Positions 33,185-41,218 of a stretch of 42,469 nucleotides of DNA are shown piece after piece; the first letter of the stretch is position 1; every line of letters begins with the position of its first letter. The stretch lies in IMG/VR virus record IMGVR_UViG_2541047705_000011; one strand, 5' to 3'. The notes under the pieces are model-generated. The model was not told the DNA's origin and made no database searches. It saw nothing but the letters and a program-made list of their open reading frames with translations. Source of the DNA: a virus. Taxonomy: Duplodnaviria; Heunggongvirae; Uroviricota; Caudoviricetes. Made by a program: the position numbers and the translations under genes.

Positions 33185-33681
33185 TGGTTGCCTCCTTTGC
33201 GAAGCTCAGCGGCGAAGGCTACTGCGTGATCATGATGTTCAAGCGTGTATGCACACTCCGCAAACATCTCCACGCCCTGCGCCCGTACTTCAGCCAGGAA
33301 AGCATCGGTGGCTGGAGTTTCGCTGTGGTGCAGGGCATCATTAATAATCATCGCAGCAACTCCGGCCTGCCCTGCATCCGTGACCGACACATGCTCAAGA
33401 GTTACGGCCATTGCGTGTTTCAGCCCCGCATTCTCCGCCGCCAGCGCCGAAAACGTCTCGTGTGCCAACTTAACAGCTGCATCAGCCTGCTTAATTGACT
33501 CAATCGCTTTCTGCTGGTCTTCGGCCAGCGCATTAGCACGCGCCAGTTGCACTTCCAGTTGCGTTGCCAAATCGCTGATCAGCTTTGCCACACTACGCAT
33601 ATCAACTGCACCACATTCTGCTTTCAGTTCCGAAGCCATCTCATGCCCGGCGGAAACTAACCCTTTGATATTACTTTCCAT
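33181..33681 (-). CDS. Hypothetical protein (166 aa)
   Basis: ORF track; Ala-rich helical; overlaps downstream start. Confidence 0.45.
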   Translation of the reverse strand: MESNIKGLVSAGHEMASELKAECGAVDMRSVAKLISDLATQLEVQLARANALAEDQQKAIESIKQADAAVKLAHETFSALAAENAGLKHAMAVTLEHVSVTDAGQAGVAAMIINDALHHSETPATDAFLAEVRAQGVEMFAECAYTLEHHDHAVAFAAELRKGGNQ

Positions 33682-33742
33682 CTTTACCCTCGCTTATCCA
33701 CATAACTTATTGATTACATTGATAACTAAAAAGATCGTCGAT

Positions 33743-34087
33743 TCAGAACTCTTCGATGTTCCAGCCACCACCTGCTTTCTTTGGTTTAACCGTTACCCCG
33801 ATGATTCGGAACGGATACTGATCTGCGGCGACTTTGGTTTTCACCCTGGCGTCGTCGGTCCAGAAACCTTTCACTTCGTGCAGTTCCATCTCGCCGGTGG
33901 CGAGCATCACAGCAAAATCGGGCGTATAGAACGTGTTGTCAGCTAACCGCAGCTTGATACCCTCGAATCGATACCAGGCGATTTCCCCTGCACGTTTACG
34001 CTGCTCAAGGTGCTGGCAATACGCAGATTCTGTTTTGTTCATCTGGCCTGTTTTGAGTCGACCAAGAGCCTGTATCTGTTTTCTCAT
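33743..34087 (-). CDS. DUF1064 family protein
   Basis: 114 aa; pattern YRFEGIKLRLADNTFYTPDF..HEVKGFWTDDARVK recalled as DUF1064. Confidence 0.55.
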   Translation of the reverse strand: MRKQIQALGRLKTGQMNKTESAYCQHLEQRKRAGEIAWYRFEGIKLRLADNTFYTPDFAVMLATGEMELHEVKGFWTDDARVKTKVAADQYPFRIIGVTVKPKKAGGGWNIEEF

Positions 34088-34089
34088 GA

Positions 34090-34106
34090 TTTACCCATGA
34101 GGTAAT
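34090..34106. promoter_or_regulatory. Operator-like palindrome TTTACC-CATGA-GGTAAT
   Basis: 3 nt upstream of the DUF1064 start codon. Confidence 0.5.
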
Positions 34107-34151
34107 TAAAAACCACATAAGACACGAAATCAATAGATTTCAGAATATTTT

Positions 34152-34168
34152 ATTACCCAGCAGGTAAT
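34152..34168. promoter_or_regulatory. Operator-like palindrome ATTACC-CAGCA-GGTAAT (perfect)
   Basis: In the P/DUF1064 intergenic region. Confidence 0.6.
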
Positions 34169-34204
34169 CATCGAGACGTAAAAAAATGCGCTATCGCGCT
34201 GGTA

Positions 34205-35005
34205 TTACTTGATAAATCCTGCCGCCTTTCCCCGCCTGTATTCCTCCATCAGCCACTGCGCCGGTGTTATTCCCCCCAGGGTGGCGGCGTTAGGCATGCA
34301 CCCGAAACTTCGCCCTGGTGGATGGTAAACGTCTCTCCCTGTGTCCGGAGGCGTACTCATGGGTTCTGGCTTTGCCTGTATGCTGATCACCGGATCGGGT
34401 ATCTGCTGTCCGGAAGCCACCTTTTTCGCCCAATCATCGAGCAGCCTGCGCGCGTGTTTCTCAACCTCAATCTCGCTAAGCTGGCGCTGATACATTGCAC
34501 GGCGGGTATCACATACGACCCAGTACATAACCGGATGCCGCCACGGGAATCTTTCGGGACCACCAGGATATAAACTTTTTTCCTTGCTGTACCGGTGAAA
34601 CTCCGTCATCACATCGTCAATGGTGACGCCAAGAACCATCTTGCTGTCTTTGCACCACTTGATGAATTGCCCTGGCGACGGCCAGAACGGAGAATCACTG
34701 GCGCGGGCGTGGCGCATACCAGCAGAAACCTGTTCACGGGTTCGGATCCCACCTTCGGCAAACGCAGCAATCCACTGCTGTTTTGCAGCAACTTCCTGCT
34801 CTGGCGTCTTCAGGTTGGTTACCACTGCCGCCGGAAACAGTTGTTTCAACTGTTTGAAAAGGGCATCAACAAGCCTCTCTGCTGACATGTTCACTACGTT
34901 GTCATTGTTGGTGTACTGATGCTCATAACCTGACATGCGAGAAAGGGCTTCTCCGTCACGGTTTTGTATTGCGGTAAAAACGTTGTTCACAAGAAATCCT
35001 CCCAT
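34205..35005 (-). CDS. Replication protein P-like (helicase loader)
   Basis: Lambda-P-like core SAGMRHARASDSPFWPSPGQF; overlaps O-like stop. Confidence 0.8.
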   Translation of the reverse strand: MGGFLVNNVFTAIQNRDGEALSRMSGYEHQYTNNDNVVNMSAERLVDALFKQLKQLFPAAVVTNLKTPEQEVAAKQQWIAAFAEGGIRTREQVSAGMRHARASDSPFWPSPGQFIKWCKDSKMVLGVTIDDVMTEFHRYSKEKSLYPGGPERFPWRHPVMYWVVCDTRRAMYQRQLSEIEVEKHARRLLDDWAKKVASGQQIPDPVISIQAKPEPMSTPPDTGRDVYHPPGRSFGCMPNAATLGGITPAQWLMEEYRRGKAAGFIK

Positions 35006-35802
35006 GCTTCAGGGCTGTTCCAGTGCGGAACGTTGTTATCAGGTAATGTTGATTGCTTCTGTCTGCTAATCTGCAGCCGCCTTGCCAGCTTCTGCTCCCA
35101 CTGTGCCTGATGGTATGCCTTACCCTCAGCCATCCAGTAAATTCTGAACTCTGCAAGTTCCTGTGCCGTTGGCAGACTGTCCAGGTAGATTCCCTGCAAT
35201 GAGCTTTTCCGAAGAAAGTCATCTGATGGCTGCCATTGTTCATGCATGACAAATTTGCCTAATTGCCCTGGCCCACCAGGAGGAACAAAGTTATTCATCA
35301 CGGCGTTGTTTGCGCCGGGGTCATGAGGCACAGAATCCCCGGTTTTTGTCCTGCTCTCCCTCTCTTGGTTAAATGACTGGTTATATGACTGGTTCTGGAT
35401 CCCGTTTTTGGGATCATTCAACATCCCGTTTTTGGGATCATTCAACATCCCGTTTTTGGGTATATTCCCGTTTTCGGTAACATTACCGTTTTCGGGTTCA
35501 TTACCCCCTTCCCGGTTGCCTTTAATGTTCCCGTTTTTGGTTATATTAAGAGAGAAAACCCGCACTCTTTTCGTCGCTCCCTTTCTCTCTCCGGTATCTG
35601 AAATAAGCCCCATTTTCATGAGCGATATAAGCCCGGCCTGCACGGTTTTTTTATTCAGGCAAGTGTCTTTAACGAGGCGTTCTATGCTGGGGTAGCAGAG
35701 GTTATATTCATCGGCTCTGTCAGCCATCGAGAGCAGTATGAGCTTTAATGACGAGCTACCTGGATCTGTCTCCCAGGCCCAATCTGTTGCATGTCTGCTC
35801 AT
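34987..35802 (-). CDS. Replication initiator O-like protein with internal ori iterons
   Basis: RBS GGAG; HTH-like N-terminus; repetitive KNGxxNDPKNG middle encoded by DNA iterons. Confidence 0.75.
   Translation of the reverse strand: MSRHATDWAWETDPGSSSLKLILLSMADRADEYNLCYPSIERLVKDTCLNKKTVQAGLISLMKMGLISDTGERKGATKRVRVFSLNITKNGNIKGNREGGNEPENGNVTENGNIPKNGMLNDPKNGMLNDPKNGIQNQSYNQSFNQERESRTKTGDSVPHDPGANNAVMNNFVPPGGPGQLGKFVMHEQWQPSDDFLRKSSLQGIYLDSLPTAQELAEFRIYWMAEGKAYHQAQWEQKLARRLQISRQKQSTLPDNNVPHWNSPEAWEDFL
35401..35541. repeat. Iteron array (candidate origin) inside the O-like gene
   Basis: About six copies of CCCGTTTT(T/C)GG at 18-24 bp spacing, two as perfect 24-bp tandem ATCCCGTTTTTGGGATCATTCAAC. 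Confidence 0.65.
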
Positions 35803-35817
35803 GATTAATCTCCGCTA

Positions 35818-36018
35818 TCAGCTTGAATGTTGTGGGGAGGAATTAATCATGATCTGCTTAATCTCTGCCCTGATGCGACGGTTTGATTCCATGGTGCACT
35901 CAACACAGTGTCCGTTGTAAACCCAGCGTTCACTGTCATGTCCGTGCTTACATGGTTTTCCGGTGTAGTAGCGTTTAAGTCCGCGCTTTGCGGCATCAAT
36001 ACGTGTAATGATTTCCAT
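35818..36018 (-). CDS. Small zinc-finger protein in the CII position (66 aa)
   Basis: CKHGH..x10..CVEC motif; start ATG 36018 or 36054, both with weak RBS. Confidence 0.45.
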   Translation of the reverse strand: MEIITRIDAAKRGLKRYYTGKPCKHGHDSERWVYNGHCVECTMESNRRIRAEIKQIMINSSPQHSS

Positions 36019-36097
36019 GGTAAGCCCTGTTATTAGTATTGGGATTACGGTCATTTTGTGCTGACACAAAAAAAAGATCAACCAGATTTGGTTTTTT

Positions 36098-36114
36098 ATT
36101 ACCTTTGAGGTGCG
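36098..36114. promoter_or_regulatory. Degenerate operator-like site ATTACC-TTTGA-GGTGCG
   Basis: Perfect left arm, 3/6 right arm; just downstream of the Cro-side terminator. Confidence 0.3.
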
Positions 36115-36128
36115 AATAGATATGAAAA

Positions 36129-36146
36129 GACCGCCGGATGGCGGTC
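36129..36146 (-). terminator. Rho-independent terminator after Cro-like gene
   Basis: GACCGCC-ATCC-GGCGGTC then TTTTCAT on minus strand. Confidence 0.65.
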
Positions 36147-36168
36147 TACAGAGGGTTGTGGCTGGATA

Positions 36169-36399
36169 TCATGAGTAGAAGAAGTATGCCAGTTCTGCTT
36201 TTGAGCGCAACCATTGTCTTGATTTACAGGCTTTAAAAAGCCCATTCATCAATACCTTACCTGGCATTTTGCGCTTACCTGTTAAGTGAGTCTGGATATA
36301 GTGACTCGTCGTTCCGGCTTCCTGTGCGAAGGCTTCACGCTCATCCGGAGTGAGTGCAAGCCAGTGCTTTTTGAAATCGAAATGTCCGTTATCGCTCAT
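36169..36399 (-). CDS. Cro-like HTH regulator
   Basis: 76 aa; HTH FAQEAGTTSHYIQTHLTG; divergent from CI-like gene, points toward O/P. Confidence 0.65.
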   Translation of the reverse strand: MSDNGHFDFKKHWLALTPDEREAFAQEAGTTSHYIQTHLTGKRKMPGKVLMNGLFKACKSRQWLRSKAELAYFFYS

Positions 36400-36434
36400 A
36401 GCTATTGCCTGATATTTATTTCAGATAATAAATA

Positions 36435-36499
36435 TTCACCCATAAGGTAACAAAAATCAAGGATAGTTACCTATGAGGTGCATTTACCTGTTGGGTAAT
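36435..36499. promoter_or_regulatory. Immunity-region operator cluster (three sites)
   Basis: 36435-36451 TTCACC-CATAA-GGTAAC; 36466-36482 GTTACC-TATGA-GGTGCA; 36483-36499 TTTACC-TGTTG-GGTAAT; candidate Cro-side promoter -35 TTGTTA / -10 TATTAT on minus strand. Confidence 0.6.
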
Positions 36500-36553
36500 A
36501 TTGCTTTAAATTGAATCATCTACTGATTCATATATGAGGCGATTTTCCAGAAA

Positions 36554-37138
36554 ATGAAAAGTATCCAGGACGTCCGCAGGCAAAATCTCAACGACTTGAT
36601 CGACCGTGAATTCAATGGTGTTCAGACGCGGATGGCAGAAAAACTTGGAACTCAGGCAAATCTGGTAAACCGCTGGGCTCTTGGCAAGAAGGTTATCGGC
36701 GACCAGGTTGCGCGAAAAATTGAAGCTGCCGCCAATAAACCCCGTAACTGGCTTGATATCGATCGCTCGCTTTCTCAGGAAGGTTTTCAGCCTGTCGGCC
36801 CAAGCGACATTGGTCAGCTGGCGGCTCACAACCTGGAACGCTGGATGAGCGAAAGCCGCGACCTTTCAACACAGGGAAAACTTCACCGCGCATCCGGCGT
36901 CGCCCAGGTGACAATCAGCCGCCTGTTAAACAATGAGGTCAGCGTTTCCATTTCCACCCTGGAGAATGTTGCATCCGCATTCGGGCGTCACGGATATGAA
37001 CTACTGATTCACCCGCACGACCCTGCGACTATCAACTATGACCGCTCGCGCTACGCATTGTTACCCGAAACCGAGAAAGCAAAGATCGAAAGTTACATTG
37101 AATTTGTCATCAACCAGAACGAAAAAAACAAACAATAA
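36554..37138 (+). CDS. CI-like repressor with two HTH domains and no recognisable S24 peptidase domain
   Basis: 194 aa; HTH segments TRMAEKLGTQANLVNRW and LHRASGVAQVTISRLLN; no Ser-Lys autocleavage module seen; weak SD. Confidence 0.65.
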   Translation: MKSIQDVRRQNLNDLIDREFNGVQTRMAEKLGTQANLVNRWALGKKVIGDQVARKIEAAANKPRNWLDIDRSLSQEGFQPVGPSDIGQLAAHNLERWMSESRDLSTQGKLHRASGVAQVTISRLLNNEVSVSISTLENVASAFGRHGYELLIHPHDPATINYDRSRYALLPETEKAKIESYIEFVINQNEKNKQ

Positions 37139-37160
37139 AATCATATTTTTCAGTAAGTAA

Positions 37161-37182
37161 GCCGCCTTCTGGCGGCTTTTTT
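37161..37182 (+). terminator. Rho-independent terminator after CI-like gene
   Basis: GCCGCC-TTCT-GGCGGC followed by T6. Confidence 0.8.
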
Positions 37183-37194
37183 ATTGCCTGTTCG

Positions 37195-37211
37195 ATTACC
37201 TAATGGGTAAT
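37195..37211. promoter_or_regulatory. Operator-like palindrome ATTACC-TAATG-GGTAAT (perfect)
   Basis: 19 nt upstream of the early promoter -35. Confidence 0.6.
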
Positions 37212-37229
37212 TTTTTTAACTCATATCTA

Positions 37230-37258
37230 TTGACATCAAACCAGATACGCATAATTAT
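37230..37258 (+). promoter_or_regulatory. Early promoter for the plus-strand early operon
   Basis: -35 TTGACA, 17-bp spacer, -10 AATTAT; flanked by operator-like palindromes. Confidence 0.55.
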
Positions 37259-37273
37259 TACCTCAACGGTAAC
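37257..37273. promoter_or_regulatory. Operator-like palindrome ATTACC-TCAAC-GGTAAC
   Basis: Overlaps -10/+1 of the early promoter. Confidence 0.55.
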
Positions 37274-37291
37274 AGACCGAGGTAACAAGTT

Positions 37292-37444
37292 ATGCAGTGG
37301 AAAATCATCAACGGTTGGTACTGCGTTACTGCATGCGGATTCATGAGCTGGAAGTTCCGCACCTTACAGGAAGGCATTAAGTGGGCTTTCGTCAGCAAAG
37401 AAGCTCGCGATGTGGCCAACGATAACGAGATATGGGAGGGCTGA
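37292..37444 (+). CDS. First early-operon small protein (50 aa), Trp-rich, unknown function
   Basis: Found by reading; RBS GAGGTAA; MQWKIINGWYCVTACGFMSWKFRTLQEGIKWAFVSKEARDVANDNEIWEG; below ORF-track cutoff. Confidence 0.45.
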   Translation: MQWKIINGWYCVTACGFMSWKFRTLQEGIKWAFVSKEARDVANDNEIWEG

Positions 37445-37446
37445 TA

Positions 37447-37746
37447 ATGAAAGTTAATCAGCAGAAAAATCTTCAAAAAATCATGCTGGCATTCGACAAG
37501 GACTACCGCCTGTCAGAACAGCTATATGACCGACAAGTTGAACTGATTGAGAGCATCCGACTTCATCAACTGTCCTCAACTTTCGACGTTGTAACAGGCA
37601 AAGGCGTTCGTCAGGAAGTGCTGGAAGCAGCTAAAGACAGCCCTGAGTTCGAAGAACTGATGGATTCCTACCGGCGCGAGGCAATGGCAATTATCGCCCG
37701 CTGGGATCTGGCGGATCGGATTGATGGACAGAAGGACGCGGCATGA
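37447..37746 (+). CDS. Early-operon hypothetical protein (99 aa)
   Basis: Start trimmed to ATG 37447 (MKVNQQ); coupled to upstream stop. Confidence 0.5.
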   Translation: MKVNQQKNLQKIMLAFDKDYRLSEQLYDRQVELIESIRLHQLSSTFDVVTGKGVRQEVLEAAKDSPEFEELMDSYRREAMAIIARWDLADRIDGQKDAA

Positions 37747-38642
37747 TGCAGAACGCTGGAATCATGGATAGAACAAAATACATCGGAGGAAGCGATGTTG
37801 CAGGGATTCTTGGAATTAGCCCATGGCGCACCCCGCTTGAGGTTTATCTGGATAAGGTCCAGCCACGTGTCAAACCAGTAGACCCAAGCAAGCAGAAAGT
37901 TTTCACGCGTGGCCAGCGTATGGAGCCATACGTAATAGACCTGCTTTCTGAGGAAACAGGGATGGAAATCGTTCATCGCGGAAACCGCTATATCCACCGT
38001 GATTACGATTTTATTGCAGCTGAGATCGATGCAGAAGCAGCGTCAGGCGAGAACATTGAGATCAAAACAGTTAGTCCGTTCAAAGCCAAAGAATGGGGAG
38101 AAATCCAGACAGATGCAATTCCTGTGCATTACACGGCACAGGCCATGCACGGGTTGATGGTTACAAACAAACAGGTATGCGTTTTCGGTGTGCTTATCGG
38201 TGGCGACGACTTCCGAATCTATCGGGTTGAGCGTGATGAAGAAACTATCCAGGCGATCTTAGAAAAAGAAATCGCTTTCTGGGACCGAGTGAAAAATCTT
38301 AACCCGCCGGAAGCTACCAGCGTAAGCGATGTATCGCTGATGTTTGAGAAAGATGCCGGGACAAGTATCGAGGCTGACGGAAAGGCACTCGCACTATTCA
38401 ACGATCTACGAGACATGAAGTCACGCAGAAAATCACTGGAAGAAGAAATAGCTATATCAGAAGAGAAGCTGAAGATGTACATGCAAGAGCACTCAGTCCT
38501 GACCCTGGACGGAAAGCCGCTCTGCACATGGAAATCTCAGATCAGCAACAGATTCGACCAGAAGCTATTCCAGTCAGTACACCCTGAGTTATTCGAAAAA
38601 TTCAAAACAACAACGACACAACGCGTCTTCAGAATGAAGTAA
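37743..38642 (+). CDS. YqaJ-like recombination exonuclease
   Basis: YqaJ-type N-terminus YIGGSDVAGILGISPWRTPLEVY; adjacent to RecT. Confidence 0.8.
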   Translation: MMQNAGIMDRTKYIGGSDVAGILGISPWRTPLEVYLDKVQPRVKPVDPSKQKVFTRGQRMEPYVIDLLSEETGMEIVHRGNRYIHRDYDFIAAEIDAEAASGENIEIKTVSPFKAKEWGEIQTDAIPVHYTAQAMHGLMVTNKQVCVFGVLIGGDDFRIYRVERDEETIQAILEKEIAFWDRVKNLNPPEATSVSDVSLMFEKDAGTSIEADGKALALFNDLRDMKSRRKSLEEEIAISEEKLKMYMQEHSVLTLDGKPLCTWKSQISNRFDQKLFQSVHPELFEKFKTTTTQRVFRMK

Positions 38643-38651
38643 GGAGAAAAA

Positions 38652-39674
38652 ATGTCTATCAATGCACTTAAGGCAGCGGCTACCGGTAACCAAGTTGCAC
38701 ATCATAATGAGAAACCAACAACTCTGGCCGGACTTCTGGCAGACCCAAAAATTAAAGCTCAGATGGCTTTGGCACTTCCAAAGCACATGACAGCAGACCG
38801 TCTGGCGCGCATAGCAACCACAGAGATCCGAAAGGTTCCAAAACTTGCATCATGCGACCAAGCCAGCTTCCTGGGGGCAATTATGCAATGTGCCCAATTG
38901 GGTCTTGAACCAGGCGGAGCTCTTGGACACGCTTACCTGATACCGTTCGACAAACGCCAGAAAGTAAATGGAAGATGGGAAACCGTATCTACAGAAGCAC
39001 AGCTGATTATCGGCTATCGCGGAATGATTGACCTTGCCCGCCGCTCTGGGCAGATCCTGAGTATCTCGGCTCGTACCGTACATACAAACGACAAATTCAG
39101 CTACTCATACGGCCTGGAAGAAACGCTCGAGCATTTACCTTGCGAAACAGGTGACCGCGGAGAATTAACGCACGTTTACGCCGTTGCACGACTGAAAGAT
39201 GGCGGAGTCCAATTTGAAGTTATGAGCCGGGCAGACATTGAGAAAGTTCGTGCACTGAGCAAAGCCGGTAGCAGTGGCCCATGGGTTGATCACTTCGATG
39301 AGATGGCTAAAAAAACAGTAATTCGCCGACTATTCAAATATCTTCCTGTTTCTATTGAAATGCAGAAGGCTGTTGTTATGGATGAGCACGCTGAAGCTGG
39401 ACTTAGCCAAGATAACGCAGCTGTTATCACTGGTGAATATTCCGTAGTTGACGATGAGCGTCAACACCTGTCGCCAATTTCAGATTCAGAACGAGAAGAA
39501 GCTCGAGAATATATCATCGCGATACTTAATAGCCTGGATCCATCTGCTGAAGATGCAAAAACGATGTTCAAGCGCGCTGAAAATGAGATTAACACCATGG
39601 CTGAAAAGCTCGGTGATGAATATCACCAAAAATTCATGATGACGCTTAACGATATGCGTCCAGAATTCGAGTAA
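38652..39674 (+). CDS. RecT-family single-strand annealing protein
   Basis: RBS AAGGAG; typical RecT-family length and position after the exonuclease. Confidence 0.8.
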   Translation: MSINALKAAATGNQVAHHNEKPTTLAGLLADPKIKAQMALALPKHMTADRLARIATTEIRKVPKLASCDQASFLGAIMQCAQLGLEPGGALGHAYLIPFDKRQKVNGRWETVSTEAQLIIGYRGMIDLARRSGQILSISARTVHTNDKFSYSYGLEETLEHLPCETGDRGELTHVYAVARLKDGGVQFEVMSRADIEKVRALSKAGSSGPWVDHFDEMAKKTVIRRLFKYLPVSIEMQKAVVMDEHAEAGLSQDNAAVITGEYSVVDDERQHLSPISDSEREEAREYIIAILNSLDPSAEDAKTMFKRAENEINTMAEKLGDEYHQKFMMTLNDMRPEFE

Positions 39675-39723
39675 CCACCACCGCGGTGCCACACGCGCCG
39701 CACTGCAACCAAGAGAGGTATTT

Positions 39724-39972
39724 ATGAAAGGTGCATTAGGTAAGAAGGAACTCCTGGCGGTGGTGCCACTGTCATGGAGCACTATCGACCGTATGGAGCG
39801 CGCAGGGGAATTTCCTAAACGCTGGTATATCACTGACAAACGCTGCGCATGGAACCGTGACGAAGTTGAGCGTTGGCTTGATGAACGTCAGGCAGCAAGC
39901 CCGGCAGAGTTCCAGGGTAAAAAACCTCCTGTTCAGCAACGTGTATATCGTCCCGTGAGCAACGCTGCATGA
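39724..39972 (+). CDS. AlpA-family regulator / excisionase-like protein
   Basis: 82 aa; LSWSTIDRMERAGEFPKRWYITDKRCAWNRDEVERWL matches AlpA/Xis-type HTH pattern. Confidence 0.65.
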   Translation: MKGALGKKELLAVVPLSWSTIDRMERAGEFPKRWYITDKRCAWNRDEVERWLDERQAASPAEFQGKKPPVQQRVYRPVSNAA

Positions 39973-40081
39973 GTGCGCTGCTAAGGCACTGGAGCAAATG
40001 GTCAGGATGGTACTTATTCCTGGCCTCTGTTTCAGCATGGCTTTATCTGCTGGCATTAATTTTCAGAGAGGGTTGGATTAA

Positions 40082-40381
40082 GTGAGAAAGTTAAGCCGAC
40101 TTGAAAAATATCACATGAATAAGGTTTCAATGCGCAGTCCGTCAAAGATTGTCGCCGTTACTCCTGCGGCGATAGAGATCGAAAAACGCGCGATTGAAAG
40201 AGAGAAAAAAGGGCAATTCCGCATTGCCGCTCACCTTTGGCTTCAGTGTATGGATGTTGCTTCTGGTGATGTTGAACGTGCAAGGATCGCGGTTCGCAGG
40301 GACCAATGTATCACAAAAGGTAACGGCCTTCGCCGTGGCGACTATAGCGGCATAGGATGTTGCGGGGTGGTTTATGACTAA
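40082..40381 (+). CDS. Hypothetical protein (start uncertain: GTG 40082 or ATG 40130)
   Basis: ORF track; ATG 40130 has RBS AAGG. Confidence 0.4.
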   Translation: MRKLSRLEKYHMNKVSMRSPSKIVAVTPAAIEIEKRAIEREKKGQFRIAAHLWLQCMDVASGDVERARIAVRRDQCITKGNGLRRGDYSGIGCCGVVYD

Positions 40382-41024
40382 GAAATACACACTAATCTAT
40401 GCAGATCCACCCTGGGTATACCGGGACAAAGCCGCAGATGGTAATCGCGGTGCCGGTTTTAAATATCCGGTTATGAGTGTGCTGGATATCTGCCGCCTTC
40501 CTGTGTGGGATTTGGCCGATGAAAACTGTCTGTTGGCCATGTGGTGGGTGCCAACACAACCACTCGAAGCACTAAAAGTTGTTGAAGCCTGGGGATTCCG
40601 TCTGATGACGATGAAGGGCTTCACGTGGATAAAATGTGGTAGTCGACAACCAGATAAACTGGTTATGGGTATGGGACACATGACTCGCGCCAATAGTGAA
40701 GATTGCCTGTTTGCGGTAAAGGGAAAACTACCTACGCGCATTAATGCAGGGATCGTTCAGTCATTTACCGCACCGCGGCTTGAGCATTCAAGAAAGCCAG
40801 ATGTCGTTCGTGAAAAACTTGTGCAATTGTTAGGCGATGTTTCTCGCATTGAACTGTTCGCCCGCCAGTCGTCTCATGGTTTCGATGTTTGGGGTAATCA
40901 GTGCGAAGACCCGGCAGTGCAACTACACCCTGGATACGCGTTGGATATTGCCAGATTAACAAATGCATTCAGCAATTCTCCGCTGTCACCAACAGACAAC
41001 CAGGGGCGGGAGCGTGCTGCATGA
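40374..41024 (+). CDS. MT-A70 family DNA N6-adenine methyltransferase
   Basis: Catalytic DPPW motif in IYADPPWVY; 216 aa. Confidence 0.8.
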   Translation: MTKKYTLIYADPPWVYRDKAADGNRGAGFKYPVMSVLDICRLPVWDLADENCLLAMWWVPTQPLEALKVVEAWGFRLMTMKGFTWIKCGSRQPDKLVMGMGHMTRANSEDCLFAVKGKLPTRINAGIVQSFTAPRLEHSRKPDVVREKLVQLLGDVSRIELFARQSSHGFDVWGNQCEDPAVQLHPGYALDIARLTNAFSNSPLSPTDNQGRERAA

Positions 41025-41215
41025 ACAGGGCATCACCAGCAGATTTAAGAAAATGCCTTGAAACTGCAAACATGCTTGCACACAGCGGGATCAGGTTTGT
41101 TCCAATTCCCGCTGTCACTGATGCTGAATTTGCAACACTGTCAGCAATATTCGAAAACAAAATTGAATCACTGGCAGCAGAAGCAGAGATGGAAGAAAAT
41201 CAGCAGAACTATTAA
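41021..41215 (+). CDS. Small integrase-adjacent protein (DUF1382-like, tentative)
   Basis: Start trimmed to ATG 41021 overlapping methyltransferase stop; 64 aa. Confidence 0.4.
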   Translation: MNRASPADLRKCLETANMLAHSGIRFVPIPAVTDAEFATLSAIFENKIESLAAEAEMEENQQNY

Positions 41216-41218
41216 ACG

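Noticed and set aside
36532-36556. Alternative start ATG 36532 for the CI-like repressor to gain a better SD
   Set aside because: That frame stops after 7 codons; start 36554 is kept despite the weak SD, and a leaderless or poorly initiated maintenance transcript is plausible.
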